A stretch of DNA of 55,266 nucleotides, filler included, from Sphacelaria rigidula (taxonomy: Eukaryota), in the NCBI GenBank assembly GCA_964200075.2. It is 6 parts of 6 records of this genome, joined end to end, with 100 filler letters (N's around TTAATTAATTAA, not from the genome) between each part and the next. Parts side by side here need not be neighbours in the genome. Positions count along the whole stretch, not along the records: positions 46,141 to 55,266 come from CAXNAA020009238.1; 5 more parts are not named here. One strand, given 5' to 3'. The translations under genes and the position numbers were made by a program. How positions within the stretch are numbered: position 1 is the stretch's first letter; the number at the start of each line of letters is the position of its first letter. Of this stretch, positions 49,425-55,266 are shown piece after piece. Under the pieces are notes generated by a model. The model searched no databases. It saw only the letters and a list, made by a program, of their open reading frames with translations, and was not told where the DNA came from.

Positions 49425-52400
49425 ATGACCAGCTATGGTGAACCGCGTCTGATGGACTCCCCTAGAGCCAACCTGTTTGACGACCTCACACAAACTGCAG
49501 CCCTTGTGTTGGCGTTCGGGTGCCTTATCGCGATCCCCAACGTCCACAACTTCATAGGGAGCATTGCCGAGGACGTTGACTGGAACGGCTCCGCGGATGT
49601 GTTTCCTCCCATCCTACTTCTCTTGGCAAACATGACCGTATCCATTTTCGGTTTGGTGTCGATCTTCATCGGCTTCCAGTACGTCACCTCGAAATGGGGA
49701 TCCAAGCTTGCTTCTCTCATGGGCCTCGGGGTAACCCTGGCAGCGTGGTTCCCGTTTGCGGTGACGATAGCGTTCATCATCTTCCAAGCCGACAACAAGA
49801 TTTCAGGTGGCGCCCTGGTTCTTCCCACTGGCGCCACCGATAATGATGTAAGTCTCGGTTCGGGGCACGGACGGCAGTGCGTTTGTAGTATGTCATCGCG
49901 AGGTGTAGGGTGCGGCGTATCATACGTGTGTTGGAAAGCCCGACCGCTGCCTGTGTGCTTCCCGACTCATTTTCTTGCTTTTTGATGTAAAGCCCGCCCG
50001 CTGCTTGTGTGCTCCCCGACTCATTTCCTTGCTTTGGCAAGTAGGGGCGCAAGTACGTACCCCCCGTCTTTTTTTCGGTGCATGAAGATGTGGATGTAGA
50101 TGTATATCTTTTTCAAGTATCGGTACATCGGTGCGTCGGGTGTTATATGCCGATAATGATGAGATACAGTTGGATAGGGTATGTTCATAATTATCATGTA
50201 CAATCTGCGTGTGTTCGAAAGCCCGCGCTGCGTGTGTGCTCCCTGAGCTATTTCCCTCGCCATGGGAAGTTGGGGCGCAACTATATAGCCCACGTCTTTT
50301 TTTCGGTGCATGAACATATAGATGTAGATACACTTTTTTCAAGTATCGGTGCATCGGTGCGTCGGGTGTTATGCCGATATCGATAATGGGCGGAGATATC
50401 AGGTGGTTAATGGTCTGCTCGGGATGCGAACGGGTTCCGTCATCCATCAACTTACGATACATCAACCTACGGTCGGCTGCTGTGATCATAGCGGACAGGA
50501 CAGCAAGCAAAAATCATGAGTTGGATTGTCAATTAGGTTCGTGTGCCTGCTTACTTTATTGATCCCCGTTTCGTTGTGGTCCAAGGGAGGTTGTTCCCGT
50601 TCGCTGCACACAGATAAAACGTCCAAACGTTCGGTCTCGTGTATCAATGAACGATACTGTCTGTACTACTGAACTGTTGACGCGAGAGCACAGGGAAGGC
50701 GTGTAGGGCGTATTGCTATCCACGAGTATGTTAACTACACAGATGAAACAATGTGTGGTGGCTGCTGGCGCTGCGGCCCCCGTTAGTTTGCTGTCCTCGA
50801 GCACGCAATCATTGTGTAAAATGTTGTAAATAGCAGTCAGCGTCAGACCCTCCACGCAGCGAAACATTCAAGATCTCTGTTCAGAGTTGTGAAGATCGAT
50901 GGCAGCTGCGCTCGAAAACAGCTGTGATATTTGGGAAATCTTGGGTGGGATGTGTTCGACAACTGCCATACGCAAGCAATGTATTGCCTGTGTGATCCTG
51001 CTTCCATGTCAATCACGGTCAAACAACGACGAGTTGTACCCCTCGCGGCCACCCCACTCGATAGTAGCGGGAAAATGCCCGCTTGCGATCGCAAGACAGC
51101 AGGACAGCGTTTGTCTCCCGCTCCCGTTCATCATGTTAAAAAGCGTTGCGTTTAAGATACTATTATACCACAACACTGTACTGTCTGCACTGTGTTGTTC
51201 TCTTCGCGAACTCAATCCTTGCGAGAGGACCTTGGTAACGATATCTCAACCTCGAGGTTCCCGGTGTATTCAACAGTAATTAATTTACTGTCAGGTATAC
51301 CATGACGTGATACCGGGAACCTCGAGTCCAAGATGCCTTTCGTAATTCTTCGAGTTGCAGAGTATTTCCCATCCACCCACCTCCCGTCGCCCCCTCGATA
51401 TCGCTGTTGCCGTGGTTCAGTTCAACGCTGTCGCAATAATGGGCATTCTAGGCTTCTACGGCTACGCAGGAACGGTGAGTGCACTTGATGATTGTGCGTT
51501 GTCTATTCGAGCCGTTTGTTTGCAACGATAGGGTATGAGCGGTGAGGTTGTCTGTGGATTGTAAGTGCGCCTGTCTTGCTGCTTGTCTCAGGTTTTTGCG
51601 TTTGTTCAGTATATGCCGTACAACGTACGACGGTGTCTGTAGAAAGCCTTGGTTGCATGTTTTGTGGTCAGTATTTTAGTACTGTCGCCAGCCCTTCACC
51701 ACACCACAACAGTGGGGCATTTTGTCTCTTGCACTAGCTTCCTCAAACGATGGAAGCTGAATCAGCAGATGGCCCACCCTGATGATTCAAGTGTCAGATC
51801 TAGCGCATGTCGCGGGCGTTGACTTGCAGGACGGTACATAGTCCATGAGTATGTATAGCGTCCTCATTTGCAGCCGCTCTTGCCAGCGTATATCCTGAGC
51901 CGTTTGCTCCATCGGTTTGGCTGATCACGGTCACTGAAACCGTCGTTTCTCAGACAACCGAAAAACTAGGGTCTTGCTATTTATGTCAAAGTTGACGTAA
52001 TCTGTTACATCCCTCAACGTAAAGCATCCGTCCCACAAGCCCCGCATGGACACAGCAACACACGAAAAACACTCACACAGTCTCTAGCTATCGTTCAAGC
52101 CATCGCACGGAGCAAACGGACCCGTAACGGATGAGATACATGCTTATGGAAGAGTGAGCACTCTTGTGGCATGCCACCATGCATCATGCATGTATCTCAT
52201 CCGTTACGGATCCCTTTGTTCCGTGCGATGGCTTGAACGATAGCTAGAGACTGTGTGAGTGTTTTCCATGTGTCGCTGTGTCCATGCGGGGCTGGTGGGA
52301 CGGATGCTTTACATTGAGGGATGTAACAGATTACGTCAACTTTGACGTAAATAGCAAGACCCAAATAACTATTATAGTACACGGTCTTCATCCGGGAGCT

Positions 52401-54775
52401 ACATCGCGATGTGCATCGTGTTGGTGAATCGCGAGTGGTGTAGCTCGCAGGGCGCACGTTTCGTGCTGTGTACATACTTCCTTCGTGTTCCTAGGCGCAC
52501 CAGTCGGTCGCAACATCCCCGCCACAGTTTCGCGTATGTTGCCGTTCATCTACTATCTGCTACCCTTCGAGAAATAATGTAAGAAACGTTGTATAAAGCA
52601 TCTCCCAATCCACTGTGGTTTCGAATCCCACGAGTTTTCGGAGAACTGCAAGAGCGTATGAAGTATGACGGTTGCTGCGATCTCATACGTCGAAAAAATA
52701 CCCGGATTCGTTCTAGCTCTTGAGCGTCTACCACGGCATCGCCATCTTCCACGAGACTGTATGGAGGAGTAGTAGATTGCGAGCATTGGAGCGCAGCAAC
52801 CTCCATACATGCTGTCGTCCTGCAACCAAAAATTGGTTGGGCTCGAAATCGCACGAGGTCGGGGGGGTGCTAAAAAGGAGGGTGGGGAAGAGAAATGATC
52901 CACCAATTAGCGAGGATAGATCGAGTCATCCTCTTCGGGTCAGTCATGAAACGTTCTTAGCCCTGTGACGATTTATAGGCAACCACAACCCTATCTCACG
53001 ACATCATCTGTCATGCCAGGTCAACTTGAATGCTTTTGGTCATCAAAGGTCTCGGATGTTCGTTGTGCGTTCATGAAGAATGATTCTCCGTGTTCACCAA
53101 GCTTCTGTCCTCGTTCCACCCTTTCTCCGCGTGATTTGCTTCTGTCATGGTTCCTGTCTGGTGGAAATGCTTGGCGCGCTTTTCGATCCGACAACGGTCG
53201 TCAAATACCTGCACGCACGACGGATCCATTGTACGCCCTTGGGCCCTGATACACTGGTCTTCAAAACCGCCGGGCTGTGCTACTGCAGGTCATCGGTGAG
53301 TCTCGGGGAAGCTAGTTGCCCGCCAAGCGGAACCGAATATCACTAGATATATTCAGATGTGTACCTGCCTCCGCCGCCTGTCGGCTTCAAGTCAGTCATG
53401 CAGTGAGGGGATCGACCTCGTGCAGTGTAGCTGTAGATCCCTCACGAAAACGCCGCGACGAGCTGTCCAGCCCAGAACCGTGCATACCCCGGGCACACAG
53501 TATCTTTTTCAGTTCCCCGAATGATATCGATATAGAAATGTCGCCATGACCTGCAGACCAACCTACTACTACTGATGCACGCTCTGCCGTATTGAACATG
53601 AACCAATATATATATACTGTGTAGTATATAACCTCAACGACGAGACCAGATTATTCAAATATACTCCCTCTGTGCCCTCAGTAAAGTCAGTGATGGGTGG
53701 CAGATGGTATATCGCCTACGGAGTTGCCTACGATGCTATACTTTTGGTTTTTTGAAAGCTGTTGACGTGCTGATGCTCGCTGAAGAAAAAAATCTGAACC
53801 GAAATTACTGAGAATTAGTGGGTCAAGCATGGCCAAACTTCGACCACACTTCGCCAATCTGTACATTGTCGCCGAATTTCGACGAATTTGGCTTGTTTTG
53901 AAGTGATTGAAGGCTGCAATGGAAACGATGAGTGGTTTCGGACTGGGCGTAGCTATCGTGTGCCAGCGATGAACCGGAGAAAAGAGCCAGAATCAAAGTC
54001 GAATTTTGTGTGCCCACGACATTGTCGCTCTCCACTGTTGGGCATGAGAAAAAATCCCAGACCGCTCCGAGATTCGGACCCACCACCCAACCATCAGAAG
54101 GTGTCGAGGTTACCAACTGAGCCACCGGGGCGACCAGTGATTGGAACAACAGGCTCTTTTTCGTAGATTTCCCCCAATTGTAAAATCCCGTGTGTAAAAG
54201 CGGTGTGTACCGCCTCAGTTGTTTGCTTCAACTCACTTATGCAGTAAGAGGATCAACGACTCGCAGTAGTAGCTGCATTCCCCACGAAAACGCTTGAAGT
54301 ATTCACGTTGGTGATTGGCCTGGTAACCCCAGGGGTGAGGTGTGGATCGGGTCAGGTCGGATATTGTTTTTGTACGCGCCATTCCAGCAGCTTGTTGCCC
54401 TTCATATCCTTCACCTCGAGGTAGTACTGCGTTACTACAAATGCATAGAAACACCCTGTAACCCGACGACCACAAACAACAGTAGTAGCTGAACAGTGTC
54501 CCTAATTCGTTTTTATCCACGGTGTCGGTCGCACGTATTTTTGTCCTGCTCACGAATCCCGTCCCCTGTCGCCCCTCTGTATTCCCGCCATCAATGTCAT
54601 GCCATTTTTTCTTGTTGCTCAATGGTGTTTGCAGGTGCCCTCACATTCCTTAACTGGAAGATGTACCGCGTTTTTGCTGGCCACGCCCAGACGTACACTG
54701 CCTCGTACTACCGCTCTCGGCTCGGCTACTACGGCTTCCTTACCCTCATGGTCGGCGCCGTGCAGTTATCTCTCG
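49425..54775 (+). CDS. Multi-pass membrane protein of unknown function, first 4 exons (continues beyond the contig end)
   Basis: ATG at 49425. Exons 49425-49847 (gtaagt), 51421-51474 (gtgagt), 53289-53295 (gtgagt) and 54635-54775 (gtaag). The protein MTSYGEPRL..TAALVLAFGCLIAIP..PPILLLLANMTVSIFGLVSIFIGF..GLGVTLAAWFPFAVTIAFIIF..FNAVAIMGILGFYGYAGT-VIG-ALTFLNWKMY..YYRSRLGYYGFLTLMVGAVQLSL has about five hydrophobic helices. Confidence 0.85.
49926..50380 (+). repeat. Diverged tandem duplication (unit of about 230 bp) in intron 1 of the membrane protein gene
   Basis: aaagcccg..gctg..tgtgtgctcc and cgtctttttttcggtgcatgaa...caagtatcggt.catcggtgcgtcgggtgttat each repeat. Confidence 0.75.
51969..52362. 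repeat. 394-bp foldback (MITE-like) in intron 2 of the membrane protein gene
   Basis: Arms 51969-52143 and 52188-52362 are reverse complements with about 9 mismatches in 175 bp. Termini are GGGTC...GACCC. Confidence 0.9.
53289..53295 (+). CDS. 7-nt micro-exon (GTC ATC G) of the membrane protein gene
   Basis: Context is gctactgcag|GTCATCG|gtgagt. It bridges the phase-0 end of exon 2 and the phase-1 start of exon 4, and adds V-I-G inside a hydrophobic stretch. Confidence 0.72.
53996..54137 (-). mobile_element. tRNA-derived SINE, 5' (head) part
   Basis: Minus strand reads ggtcgccccggTGGCTCAGTTGGtaacctcgacaccTTCTGATggttgggtggtgGGTCCGAATCtcgg, with A box, anticodon-like arm and B box. Confidence 0.7.
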
Positions 54776-55266
54776 GTAAGATACGACGATTGCCAGGATA
54801 ACTCCTGTATTTTTTAGGGCTACTGTCGCTCTTTCGCTAATATTCATGTGCCAGCTTCCAGGCACAATCCTGTTTCCCCCTTGAAACCGCGAAGAAGCGA
54901 AATAACTGGCGGTCTCTCGGACCACGGTACTGTGGAGCGAGTACCATGTTTGACAAACGTTTAGAAATGCTTTTGCCGAACAAAGTGAGACAACAACATT
55001 TGCGAATAACGTCGTGAGGTTAAGCCCTCACCGCGGGGGTATCGCAGCCCGTGGGTCGGTTGCATTTTCAAGTATAGATGTAGCTTTCGCCGATGTAAAA
55101 AATGATACAGAGCACGTCCTTCCCTGGGACCACGACTGCCATCACCCCCGATGTTGGTGATGAGGGAGAATTAGGAAGTTCAGCGTAAAACCTCTTGGTC
55201 AAGTGCTCGCAATCGCCATTAAACAGCCAATCATCTATGTTGAGGATGGTGCTATTGATTGAGGAT

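Noticed and set aside
51830..51833. Alternative 4-nt micro-exon cag|GACG|gtacat
   Set aside because: It is phase-compatible, but the donor is weaker, it puts Asp in a hydrophobic helix, and the gttgacttgcag context recurs at 48898 outside the gene.
54060..54137. tRNA gene
   Set aside because: The acceptor and T stems are imperfect and it continues into a dispersed repeat body, so it is treated as a SINE head.
12456..54775. Functional cluster of the dynein, disordered protein and membrane protein genes
   Set aside because: The three genes lie on different, artificially joined contigs.

Overview
This is eukaryotic, repeat-rich genomic DNA with long GT-AG introns and many MITEs; the style suggests a brown alga or another stramenopile (inference). 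The window is not one locus. It is six contigs of 9129, 9128, 9128, 9128, 9127 and 9126 bp, sorted by length and joined by identical 100-bp N44-TTAATTAATTAA-N44 linkers, so adjacency across linkers is artefactual. Three partial spliced genes can be built by hand with consistent intron phases: (1) the last six exons of a cytoplasmic dynein-1 heavy chain (minus, 12456-16981); (2) eight exons of a low-complexity Gly/Ser/Pro/Gln-rich protein (plus, 37711 to about 45859); (3) the first four exons of a multi-pass membrane protein (plus, 49425-54775), whose frame appears to need a 7-nt micro-exon at 53289-53295. The rest is mostly mobile DNA: a degenerate Ty3/Gypsy RNaseH-integrase-chromodomain fragment, a decayed Copia-like LTR element, a 3.3-kb element with about 900-bp TIRs, tRNA-derived SINE fragments, piggyBac-, Harbinger- and Tc1/Stowaway-like MITEs (one nested in another), and several long hairpins. 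No new multi-gene system is supported. The micro-exon gene and the transposon architectures are the best leads.
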